Shown: one piece after another, positions 28,130 to 39,843 of the stretch
How positions within the stretch are numbered: position 1 is the first letter of the stretch
Layout of the letters: each line of letters opens with the position of its first letter
Position numbers and translations under genes: made by a program
Notes under the pieces: generated by a model
What the model saw: only the letters and a program-made list of their open reading frames with translations
What the model was told of the DNA's origin: nothing
The model's database searches: none
Assembly (NCBI GenBank): GCA_043228905.1
Contig: JBHGNT010000003.1
Coordinates: 24,428,001 to 24,492,000 of the forward strand
Direction of reading: 5' to 3'
From: Azolla caroliniana
Lineage: Eukaryota > Plantae > Polypodiophyta
DNA: 64,000 nt

Positions 28130-28480
28130 TCATGGGTCATGAGCCTACAAGAAGAACAATGCTGAATCAAATTTGTAGGGACATCTTACTGATGTATAAA
28201 GAGAATGTTTCCACATCGTGTTCCAGCAGCACCATGCATTTAACAATAGATGTAAGATTTTGTCTAAACTTGCACCAAAACCTGGACAAATGCTTACGTC
28301 GAGTAAGTTAAAGGTACCATGGGTTCATGAGTCTACAAACAACAACTATGCTGAATCAAATTTGTGGGGACGTCTTATTGATATATAAAGATGACTTTTC
28401 TACATTGTGCTTCAGAAGTAGCATGCCATTAACTTGCACTGAAACCTATGCATATTCTTATCTTGAATAAGTTAAGGGTA
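28130..28480. repeat. Approximately 187-bp diverged tandem duplication downstream of the PPR gene
   Basis: CATGGG.TCATGAG.CTACAA..ATGCTGAATCAAATTTGT.GGGAC occurs twice. Confidence 0.75.
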
Positions 28481-29115
28481 TTGCTTTTCATTCTCAACCA
28501 GGTTCAAATATATCTACTCCTTTGTACATAAACTTTGCAAAGTGCCTATTTTATCATATGTGAGATAGGTGTAAAGTAAAGTTATAGAAAACCCTCTCTT
28601 TCTGTATTTAGATAGAATACATCATGCCTATATGCTCCCACTTTGGCATTTTTCTTTTATCAGGATTCACAAGATAATTGCAACACTTAGCAAGCCTTCT
28701 TTTACCATCACCTTTATAGTGGCATGTTATTTTCCACATCTGAATCTTCCTCAGGACCTTCCCTTTTGCATGGAGTGCAATGCAAGGCATTAATCAAAAC
28801 TACAACCCCTTGGTTTCTAGTTAAATGCATCTTGTGCACCAAAAGAAATCTGCTTGGTCCATTCTTTCATCAAACTTGGAGTCTTCAAATAGCACCGTTT
28901 ATCCCATCATCAATCCCTCTTGGTTTCTATTCAAATGCATCATGCATGATATCCTCTCACCAAACATGGAGTGTGACAAGAGTAAATACTTCCTCTAAAG
29001 CTGTAATAGAACATTTGTGTCCTCATTATCGACAGCACAACCCTTTGGCTTGTAGTTAAATTCATCATGTGGAGTACAGACAATCTATTTCACAGGTTTT
29101 CTCACCAACAACGTC

Positions 29116-31974
29116 CTACAGACAAAATATTGTATTGCTAGTGTCAGCATAAATGTTGTGCATACAAATGTACACGGCCGCATCGTTTTCATCTAAGCTC
29201 ATAGCATGTTCGAACACCCTTTTGCCAAGATCAGCATCATTCCATTTTCTACAAGCACCTAACAAGCTATGGCATGACAAAAGATTAGGAAGAAATGGCA
29301 TCTTTTCAATTATCTCTATAGCTTCCTCTAATTGGCCTGCACGGCCAAAAATGTCACTCATACACATGTAGTGTTCAACATCAGGAATCATATCATAAAC
29401 TTCCTGCATAACTTCAAAATACACTTGGCCTACATCAACTAAACCTGAGTGGCTACATGCATTAAGCACACTTACGAATGTGATTGGATTAGGATGTTCT
29501 TTATCTTCAGTCATTGTGTTTAATACATTCAAAACACCTTCACTTTCCCCTGATTGGGCATATCCCGAAAATAAAGCAGTATAAGAGACTATATCCCGGA
29601 CCAACAGGTGCCAGAACACTTCACTTGCTTCCATTAGCATTCCACAATTGGCATAGATATCAATTAATGAGTTGCCAACAACAAGATCTACTTCTAATAC
29701 TCGTCTTGTGATTTCGGCATGTAAGATTTGGCTTTTCTCTATAGCTCCTATAATACCACAAGCTTTCAACACACAAACATATAGAAGTGCATCAAGAATG
29801 AGATCTTTAAGTTGCATTTGCTCAAAGCAATCTACTGCTTCTTCAGCACAACCATGTTTTACAAGACCCGAAAGTAATGATGTCCATGAGATTATATCTG
29901 GAAGTAAGAGTTTGTCAAAAACCTCTTGTGCCTTACAAATCAAACCACAACTCGCATACATATCAATGAGAGCATTTCCAACTAGCAGATTGGTTTCAAG
30001 AGCTCTTTGTGTTATTATGGCATGTATTTCTTTGCCTTTCTCTATGCTTCCAATTGTATTGCAAGCTTTCAAGATACAAATAAATGTCGCAATGTCATGA
30101 AAAACACCCTCAGATTGCATTCTTTCAAACCATCCAAGTGCTGTCTTTACCTGCCCATTTTGAATGTAACCGATAATTATCGCATTCCAAGACATTACAT
30201 CTCGATTCAGAAGCTTCTCAAACACTGCTATGGCATTTGCAAAGAAGCCACATTTTGCATACATTTCAACCAAAGCATTGCCAACTACAATATCCTTTTC
30301 TAGGAAACTATTCCTAATTAAGATATTGTGTATTCCCTGACCAATCCTGACAGCTCCCAAATTAGCGCACCCCTTCAAACTACATACGATTGTTACAGCA
30401 TCCGGGTGTAGGTTCTCAACTTGCATTCTTTCAAAACAGTCAAGTGCTTTTTCATCATATCCATGATTAAAATATCCCGCTTGTAGTGCATTCCAACAAA
30501 TTACATCTCGGACATGAAGTCGATCAAATACTTCTTGTGCTTTCGCGAGTGAACCACATTTCACATACATGTCTACCAGGCTGCTTCCGACTAATAGATC
30601 TTCCTCCAGGCCTTGTCTTGCAACTTCTGCGTGTATGTTTTCACCTCTTTCTATGTCTCCAGAGCTACTACAAGCAATCAAACTTCAAACATATGTGACA
30701 ATGTTAGGCCTTATACCTTGAATTTGCATTTCTTCAAAGTATTTTAGTGCTTCTTTACCATGCCCTTGTTTAGCATGCCCTCCAATTAATGCCGTCCACG
30801 AGATTACGTCTCTTGTAGCCATTACATGAAACACCTTTTGTGCATTTTCAAGTAAGCCTATAGTTGTATACATATCAAGCAATGCATTTCCAATCACGAT
30901 ATTGTCTTGCAACCCTTTCTTGGAAATATCAGTATGTATTGAATGTGCTTTATCTACAGCCCCAATGCTGCTAGAAGCCTTCAAAATGCTAGAATATGTG
31001 AAATTTGTGAAAGTGAGACCTTCTCTTTGCATTAGTTCAAAATATTTCAAAGCATCCTCACCATAGCCCTGTGTTGCATATCCTGCAATGAGTGCATTAT
31101 ATGAAACGGTATCCCGAACGGGAAGTTTATCGAACACATCTTGTGCCTTTTTCAGCAAACAAAACTTAACATACACGTCAATCAAGCTACTACCAATAAA
31201 TGAGTCATTTTCAAACCCTCTCGTAGCAATCTCGGCATGTAATTCTTGGCACTTACCTATATCTTGTAGAATACCACAAGACTTTAAACTACAAAAGTAT
31301 GTAACAATATTAGGATGAATGCCATCCGATTGCATTCTTTCAAAACAACAAAGAGCTTTCTTAGCATCCCCATATTTCACATACCCAGAGATAAGTGTGG
31401 TCCACATGACCACATCTTGAGAAGGAGAGTTATCAAACACTTCTTGTGCTTTTTCCAAGAAATTACATTTAGCATACATATCAACCAAGATGCTCAAAAT
31501 AAAAGGATCTCGATCCAAACCCTTTCTACAAATCTCGGCATGTAGTTCAAGCCCCTTTTCTCCATTCTGCATCTTAGAACATGCTTTTAACAAGGCAACG
31601 AAAGCACCTACATTCGGTTGTGCACAATCCTCGACCATTTGTTCATAGAGAATGAGTGCAAGATTCAAGTTACCACATTTTGCATATGCTATTATAAGGA
31701 AGTTCCAAGTGCAATCATTGGGCCGAACTAACTTATTGAAGACTTGGTGGGCATCAGAGATAAGCCCAACGTGTGCAAGTAAAGGAACGAGAAAATTACC
31801 AAGTGATGCATCAGAATCCAATTGGTGCCGACAGGTATAGTCATATAATCGGCGTGCATATGCCAAATTTCTCTCTTTTCGGCATTTTAGCAAGAGTCGA
31901 GAAAGTTTCTGAATCAAGTCGGGCCGTGGTAGAGTTGAGACTAGTACTTCCAAAGAAGCAAGTGAAGTCTCCAT
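29116..31974 (-). pseudogene. Intronless PLS-class pentatricopeptide repeat gene with E domain (no DYW) and one in-frame TGA at 30685-30687
   Basis: Repeated P/L/S motifs (LVDMYAKC..AQEVFD..DVVSWTALI); E domain EHYMCMSDIFGRAGQLEEA..LLGACR; the two ORFs share one frame over 953 codons. Confidence 0.92.
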
Positions 31975-32245
31975 CCTTCTCCTGCTTTACTTTCCATGGG
32001 TAAAATAGCATCTCTACGGGGGATCTGTGTCTTTACAAGAAGAAAGCACATACAAAGTCTTGAGACATGAACACCCCACTTTACATTTCTTGAACCGTAT
32101 CCTAATGAACTCAGGCAAATCCATGGTGATGCGAAAAACAAACTAACTCTATAAAGTATCGAACTCTTCTGTATCTGCTCCTACACCATAGCCTGACAAG
32201 GCAGAATGAAAACCTGCACATAGAATCAAGAGCTCCAATACCACG

Positions 32246-32450
32246 TTTAGGCATTAGAAAGAGGCGCCAAATTTTCTTTATTTCCCGAAATAACCCTGGG
32301 ATCTTTTTATATCCCTGCGATACCCCTGACGTTTTGGAAAATCAATATCTCTGATTATGTTTAGGCATTAGAAAGAGGCGCCAAATTTTCTTTATTTCTC
32401 GAAATACCCCTGATGTCTCTTTATTTCCCTAGGATATCCCTGAAGTTTTG
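32246..32450. repeat. Direct repeat upstream of the PPR gene
   Basis: GTTTAGGCATTAGAAAGAGGCGCCAAATTTTCTTTATTTC at about 32245 and 32359. Confidence 0.85.
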
Positions 32451-33751
32451 GTTAGTCTCCAAATGCATGTCAATCGTATATGCTCATTGCTTATGTCATT
32501 TTCTTCAAATTGGTTCTATTCATAGCGATTGGTTGTGGGAGGCTTTTGAAGTTTTTTTAGGAACCTCTCAAGTGGAAACTAGCAGCAATGCCAGAGTGGA
32601 TGTGATTATGTTCATTTATATATATTGGCCACACACCCTAAAGCTTTAATAATTTCATGGCGAAAGTTCTACTTTGACTTATAAATAATAAAGGATCTCC
32701 AAAATAGACTACAATTACTAGGTGTCTTTCATATGATGATGATACGAAGATCTAATATCTAACCCACAACTCATAAGAAATAGTGGTTATCCTGTGGAGG
32801 TGGATATTTTCCTCCGTGATCGTTGAATCTAGAATGCGAATTTTCTTCTCTTTCTTTGTCTCGACTTTGCCTTCACGTATCATCATCATTACCTAGAGTG
32901 CCTCCCCACTCTTCCAGAAGCCTTGTGAATCGTGATAAGTCAAAGTACAATGTTGATATTTTCAATGAGTTAAAAAGATATAGTTCCATGAGCTACCTTC
33001 AAAAAATCAACGTCAAGTGGGATTGTCAAGCTCTTTAAGGTTTTTCCCATTTAGAAAATTATATTTAAATCATAGATGATCGGATACAATGAGCTTATTT
33101 AAATGCATATGATAGACCTTTTTTTCTACACAAGCCCTTGTAAAACAAAATGGAAATATTGGAAATGTTAAAGTCTCACTTGTTCCAACATTAAAACTAA
33201 CCGACTCAATCAATGTTGTTGGAGTGACGTTGGTAGGTGAAATGAAATATGACAATAACAAAGAAACATGACATTGAAAGTTGGGTAGCCAAAAGAACGA
33301 TGATAAGTAGAATCAGACACTCCGTGAAGTACATTCTGTGAAGGATTATGTGTAGTAAGTATGAATACATACGTCTTGAAATAAAGAACTCGAGAAATAT
33401 CTAGATTTTTGTTTTTTTATCTTAGTCCAAAACATGGGAAACCTTTTTTAGTGTGATGTTTGAGTCTTATTCTCACCATACTCGCTATATTAAGTGTTGT
33501 CACGAAATAAGAAATGATGTACCACACGGTGCTAGGCAAGTAACATCTCATGTTGTAGGGTGATGAAACACACAATGCCTTGTTTCAGTTTTTATATGAA
33601 AGGTTGACCTTAATACTAGCCCGAAAGATTTCGTGAATGTTTCGATATACATGAGGGAGACAATTACCTAATTCAAATAAGGAGGACTATTAAAAAGTCA
33701 TAGACCTTGAAAAATTATTAACATTGATGGGAACCTCCACTTAGGGAATTT

Positions 33752-33763
33752 TATTATATAAAG
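33752..33763 (+). promoter_or_regulatory. Candidate TATA box of the GH135-like gene
   Basis: TATTATATAAAG about 115 nt upstream of the ATG at 33872. Confidence 0.45.
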
Positions 33764-33871
33764 TAGACATTGGCCCACTTGGAAGACAACTTATTATACA
33801 CATGCACTACTCCATTATCATCAATTCTATCACGACTCTCAAGAGCCCATTTTCTTCATTTTGCTCCAAGG

Positions 33872-34690
33872 ATGTCTTTCAACACAATGAATCTAGTCTT
33901 AGTGGCTCTAACTCTCCTAGTGGCGTTGGGTGTCCATGCGGCATCCACAAACGTGAACATCTTGGTGCCAGCGTATTTCGATCCCACGACAAGCGCATCG
34001 GCATGGTCCGCACTTAACTCCGCGGCCACGAAGCTTCCCAATCGAGTTGTGGCGATAGCAAACCCCGCTAGTGGCCCTGGAATTGCGGCCCAAACAAGCT
34101 ACACTAGTGCCATCACTTCATTACAAACCAAAAAAGGTCGCGTCGTGGGCTATGTGGATACAAGCTATGCCACCCGCTCCCTTGCCATTGTCAAGGCGGA
34201 CATCGACTCTTGGTTCTCCTTCTACTCCTCCATTAACGGCATCTTCTTCGACCAAGTGTCCAATACCAATGACAATACCAAGATAGTCTACTACCAAACA
34301 CTCTACAATTACGTCAAATCCAAACGCACCTCTAGCCTCCTCGTAGTCCACAATCCCGGCACGGCGACACTCGAGTCATACCTTGTGTATAACGGTGCCC
34401 GTGTTTCCGACATCATATGCACGTTTGAGTCGGGCATCAATGGGTTAGAATGGACACAAGCTTCTTGGACAAGCAAATATGATCGAAGCAACTTTTACGG
34501 CCTCTTCTACAATGTGTCTGACATCAATGTTGCTAGCTTCGACTACGGGGACATAATTGATCATGCCTATCAACAAAACGCGGGTTGGGTATATGTGACG
34601 AATGATAATTTGCCCAATCCGTGGGATACCATTGCATCTTATTTCTCGGGTGAAGTTTCCTACATACAACAACAAAATTACTTGCCCTAG
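33872..34690 (+). CDS. Secreted spherulation-specific family 4 (spherulin-4 / GH135-like) glycoside hydrolase, 272 aa, intronless
   Basis: Signal peptide MNLVLVALTLLVALGVHAA; motifs LVPAYFDP, IANPASGPG, VVGYVDTSYATR, GIFFDQ, VHNPG, DIICTFE and GWVYVTNDNLPNPWD; the track's TTG start at 33770 is replaced by the first ATG. Confidence 0.88.
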   Translation: MSFNTMNLVLVALTLLVALGVHAASTNVNILVPAYFDPTTSASAWSALNSAATKLPNRVVAIANPASGPGIAAQTSYTSAITSLQTKKGRVVGYVDTSYATRSLAIVKADIDSWFSFYSSINGIFFDQVSNTNDNTKIVYYQTLYNYVKSKRTSSLLVVHNPGTATLESYLVYNGARVSDIICTFESGINGLEWTQASWTSKYDRSNFYGLFYNVSDINVASFDYGDIIDHAYQQNAGWVYVTNDNLPNPWDTIASYFSGEVSYIQQQNYLP

Positions 34691-34823
34691 ATTAAGTTAT
34701 ACTAGGATTGCTCTTTGTTTCCTATTTAAAGAGCATCTGCTTGGAACTTCTTCTCTCTTCGCAAGACCAAAGTAAAAGGGCAATAATAATAACCATTTGG
34801 ATCATTTGTGGGTTTTCTTTCTA

Positions 34824-34980
34824 TTTCTAGTGTTGTGCTTCTAGATTCATTTATTTTTGGGTTAATCAAGTTGTCACAAGTGCTATAGGTACAATTGAGA
34901 CATGTTTCTAGTGTTGTGGTTCTAGATTCACTAATTTTTGGGTTAATCATGGTGTCACAAATGCTATAGATACAATTGGT
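34824..34980. repeat. Approximately 81-bp tandem duplication in the 3' flank of the GH135-like gene
   Basis: TTTCTAGTGTTGTG.TTCTAGATTCA..TTTTTGGGTTAATCA..TGTCACAA.TGCTATAG.TACAATTG occurs twice. Confidence 0.85.
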
Positions 34981-37853
34981 CTGTCTCGTTTCAAGAGGAT
35001 ATGTATTTTTGTATAAAATAAAATACGATCGTGCCATCTAAGACAATCCTTTGGATCTCCTCTATTTAATTTGCATTGTTTGTACACCTTTTTGGGTCCC
35101 TTTTGATGCCATTTCCATTACATACACTCATAATAGGTCTCCACATATGTCTACAAAAATCTAGTTCCTGTCACATAATTGGGTTCTTTGCCCAAGTTAT
35201 TATATAGAGCTAGTAGTGCATTCACATAGTTACACAACCTCCAATCACACACATCACATGCCTCGTGGGGATTTCTATAATTGACCAACTTCTTTAAAGA
35301 ATCAAACCTAACTTGGTTTGGGTTACCCCTATTCCTCTCACAAAACTAGCATCACCCAACTAATTTTGGGGCCTTGGGTGTTTTGGAGGCGGCATATGAC
35401 CCATGGCCACATAAATAATATATCAAATGGTTCATCATACTACCACATGAACCCAAATTCCTGATATGAGCCTCAACTAACATTGCCAAACCAAGATTCC
35501 ACTTGTATAACTCGCATTGCCCAACTTATATTTATATTTCACAATAACATTTTGAAAATATGGAGAAACCCTTTTTAGTTTGTCTTCTTTTTAAGTGTCA
35601 AAGTTTTTTTAGTGTGACGTTTGAGCTATGTAAAAGAAATGTCTCCAACCGCTCATCTTATTTCTAAATTAAATGTTATTAAAAATAAGAGTCAATTACT
35701 ACATTGGGCAATGTGCTCTATCTCTTGTTTCCACGATAACACATAGTGCCTTTTTTGTTGTCTATCGAATGTGTTGACATTTAATGTCTTGTTTTTATTT
35801 GCTATCTAATATGTTGACATGTTAAGTGTAGTCAGAACGTGCGCTACATCGGTAAACTCAAAAGATATCATCAACTTGGGTGAGTGAAATTTTCATTATT
35901 TATAAGATTATTACATATATAATAAAGTTGATTGTGTGTGTCTGTGTGTGTACTATAGGAATATGACAAACTTGTTTCTTTTGCAAAAAATGTTCTACAT
36001 TTTGACAAACAAGCGAAAATGTTTGGCCTCGATGTGTTAAGGAACCTAAATATTATGGTAGTCAAAGTATTCCAATAAGATTATTAGAGCCTCAATCTGG
36101 TTGAAACTCAACTCTATGGCTATAACATGGTGCTAGTCGCAAATGTCATTAGCACACATATTTGTTGTATGGCATTTGTGTATGTCAAGGGAGTCACATC
36201 ATGACTTTCAAAATGTCCACGCATAGAAGCTACATTGATCTTATCATCAAATTGTAGAGCAACCAAAGTTGTGTCATAAGTTCTATAGACACAAACTACA
36301 CCATGCTCCCATGATCAAGAGCAACATTGTCATCGTGTTATCATTGTATCCTACAATTTACATTGTGTCAGCACCAAACTACATGGTGCCATGGAGGATT
36401 CCGGCAATTAGGAGAAAGGTCCATCGGATGCGCGTGAACGGGGGTGTGCAAGGATGCATAGGAAGGAGGCCTTGTGTATAGACATTTGTAAATATTGAGT
36501 GATAATAAGTACAAAAGAAGAGTATTTTAATAGGTACTTTATGATCGTGCAAATAGAGGGTAATAAAGGGGGGTGATGATAGAGAATCATGGGAAGGATC
36601 TCTAACTGAAACAGCTAACTTAATAGCTAATGTAACATTGACCCTACCTCTCCTTGGAGGTATAAAAGGAAGGGAGGGAGGCTTGGTTAGGGATCCATCA
36701 TTTTGGAGGGAGAAGTGTTGCTAGTTTTATGTTGTCGGGGTGTTTGTTTTCTACTCGAGGTATTCGGTTAGGTGCTGGTGAGGCCTCTACTTGCGTAGGA
36801 AGCCCGTGTGCTCCTGACCAATTGGTGTGTTTGTTGAGCTCGACACCCTGTTCCTGGTAGGCATGCCATTTCTTGTATTCTATCTGTTAATTAACTATCG
36901 ATTTGTTGTATCTGGGTGCTGTTCCTGTGTTCTTTGCTCCTGTTCTCTCTGTGTTGTGTCTGGTTCCGCTTCTTGTCTATTGTTTCTTGGGAGGCATTGG
37001 TTCCCTCCTCTAATTTACGCTTACTCCTCGTGTCGAGAGCCTCAATGCTCAGTTCTTGGAATCCGGGGACAGTACTGGATCATATACAAGTCCTACGAGC
37101 CCGTTGTCGTGAAGAATTTTGGCTAGAGGTGGAAAACCGGGAAATATTGGCTACGCCGGCGGGGTGCACCATGTGCACTCACCCTCGTATAATTGTGTGA
37201 ATAATAGGAGTTAAGTCGGGACGAAGAATCCCATGTAAATCGGGATTTATCCCACATTGTATCGCATCCCTCTCCTTGTTCTATAAAAGGAAGGGATAGT
37301 CCCTTGTAGAGGGGTTGCCCATTTTGTATTAGTAGGGTATACCGTTAGATGAAGAGACGTTCTCTGTTCCTCTTTCTCTCTTGTTTTAGGGTTTCTTCTT
37401 CTTCTTCTTTCCTATACTTCTTCCTCTTCGTCGTTTTGTGCACCGAGCCGGGACTTCTAGCGTTTCTGTTTGCCGGCCGTCCCCTGTACAAGACCCCGCT
37501 CGGCGCGACAAGCCCGAGAGCTCCCTGACCGGCAGCTTGGCAGTAGACGATTGTTGTAACCTGAGCTACTTAGGTCAGGCCCGTAGCTAGGGATGTATTC
37601 TTTCCCTTGTAATATATACATTTGTGTCTGTTGGTGTCGGGTGCTTCTCCTTCCCTGCATTTCCTGTACATAAGGGCATGAGTTGGGTGTGTGTGAGTCG
37701 GTGTCAAGCGGGCACTCCCTCTCTTTCTCTCTCTCTCGTTCGGTTGCTTCCGGAACGCGTTCGGAATCGTCTTCTCATATTCCCTCCTTCCCTCGTCTGA
37801 GACCCCCGTGGTCCCGCCCTTCTATACGCACGTGCTTAACAACGCGACATATT

Positions 37854-37871
37854 TGGCGAACCCGACGTGAA
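37854..37871 (+). promoter_or_regulatory. Primer-binding site, tRNA-Trp
   Basis: TGGCGAACCCGACGTGAA, 17/18 complementary to the plant tRNA-Trp 3' end (UUCACGUCGGGUUCACCA, recalled sequence). Confidence 0.85.
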
Positions 37872-39843
37872 GGGCGGCAAGGGAGAATGGAGCTAGAAGA
37901 AGACGACTTCGCGGGACTTTTTGTCGAAGCGGTGAGGGAGTTTGGACGAGCAACGGCAAGACGAGAGACGGCGCAGCAAGCGGTCGAGCAAGTGGTCGAA
38001 AGAGTCGGCCGTTTCAACGGGGACAAAGTCCCATCTTACTTGGAAGCGTACAACGCGGAGATGGAGGAGCGAGACGGAGACGAAGTGTTGAGGCTGGAGT
38101 TCTTTTGTCGGGCTGTCGCCGTCCGTATGCACGCGGAAGTGAAGGAGCTCCGAGAAGCTCATAGTTCGTGGGAGGCCTTTGAAGAGGCGCTCCTACAGGC
38201 ATATGGAGGACGGCAGAAGAGTCGGGGACGACACGACTTCGACCAGTGGGTAGCATCGGCAAAGACCCACCGGGGCGCAACGAAGGCGTTCCGAGAGTTT
38301 GAGCAACGACTTGCTCGGCTCCCGGAGCGGGAACAAGGTTTGGTGGGGGCGGACAAAGTCCTATTGTTCGTCAGGTCGATTGACTGAGTGGAACGGGAGG
38401 CCATCGGGATTGAGCTCGAAGACGATGACGGAGCGAATGGGCTTACGGAGGACTAGTCGAAGGTCGGAAGGGTGTGCCAACGGCTAGACAACGAGCGAGC
38501 CAAGAAGGCTAAGAGGAAGGTGCGCGACAACGTGCCATCACAACGGGAAGAGGCCGAACGGCAAAGAGAGTCGGCAAGGGTCGGCGTTGGGGCCAGGATT
38601 GCGGAGGCGTACGCAGCTCTCGAGGCGATGCTCGAGGAAGAGGAAAGATCGAGGCCACAAGCCGAGTATAAGGAGACGACCACCGACTACGAAGAGTTGG
38701 TGGCTACGGACGAGCGATTCTTTGCGTCTTCCCACGCTTGCTCCCGAGGCAATGGCTGTCGGGCCTGAGTGCCCACATGAATCCCATGATGAAGAAGGCG
38801 ACCGCGAGAGACCAAGAATCACCAACGAGACTATACGGGAAAGGAGCGGACGAAAGCCCTCAAACCCGATTCCAGAGAACTCAGCGTTCGGGCCCCTATG
38901 CCCATGTGAGACCGAGGAGTTCTGGCACGATGCCAACGAAGGTGGATGGGAGATGGCCCGCGAAAAGGTCGACGAAGAGACCAAGGAACGACCCGGCTGG
39001 GGACCGAACCGAAACGGGTGGGGCGTAATCCGGTTGTGGATTGTTCGATCCGGGTCGGATTCGGCATAAAGGTGCCGATACGGGAGAGGGTGCGGGACGA
39101 GCCGCCCTCTTTTACATGGGGAGAAAGACCAACCGGGCGAAGGTCGGGAATTGGAAGGAGGGTGATCAGTGGTTCGGAACGAGTATGGCAAGGTCGGTGT
39201 CAGAGCCGAAACTCTGGACATTGGAGAATCAAGCTCAGGCGGGGCTTGATTGGTCATAGAGCGGATGCTATCCACCGACACCACTAAAAGGGGCGGTGGC
39301 CCGGACGAGTCACCGAAAGACGTTGAGAAATCAGTTACGCCATGTCATGGCAAGACTCGAACCCATGACTTTATGCTACATGGGTCGAGCTCTTACCATT
39401 AGATTAGGAATTGTATTTTGTAAGATATTATTTTCATTTATACTTTATCATAGAAAATTGATGTATATTCCAGATCTCTCTGGAACATTCTAGAAGCTTC
39501 AAGATTATTCCTAAAAACACTATAAAAGGAGGCACAAGGCATTGTTTTGAACCAAATTGGTTCAACGCCAGTCTTAAGCCTCTTAGCCGCTTGTACTTAT
39601 CTTTTCACATAATATATAGCTACTGTCATCATCTCTCTCATTCTCGCTATCTCTCTCTCTCTCTCCTCTTCTCACTTCCTCTCTCGGGAATCTTACGCAG
39701 TCCCATCCTCTTAGTACTAATAGTACTGCTGTTCTTAGTACTAATTCCATCTCTGTTTTAGTACTATTCCTGACAGTTTGAACCAATTTTTCCTCTAGCC
39801 TACTTGTCACTCTCCCTCATCCTCCTACCCTTTTCCCTATACT

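Noticed and set aside
30685-30687. U-to-C editing or selenocysteine rescue of the PPR stop
   Set aside because: Fern U-to-C editing is organellar, land plants lack Sec, and the expected residue is Cys, so a nonsense change suffices
33770-33871. 306-aa N-terminally extended GH135 ORF
   Set aside because: It starts at TTG; the ATG at 33872 (or 33887) directly precedes the signal peptide
33872-34690. Bacterial or fungal contamination
   Set aside because: No operon context, and AT-rich plant-like flanks are continuous with the PPR gene; long reads are still needed for proof
38472-39290. Numerous overlapping 60-250 aa ORFs in GC-rich TE interiors (here and at 45-48 kb)
   Set aside because: Antisense or stop-poor frames with no recognisable domains
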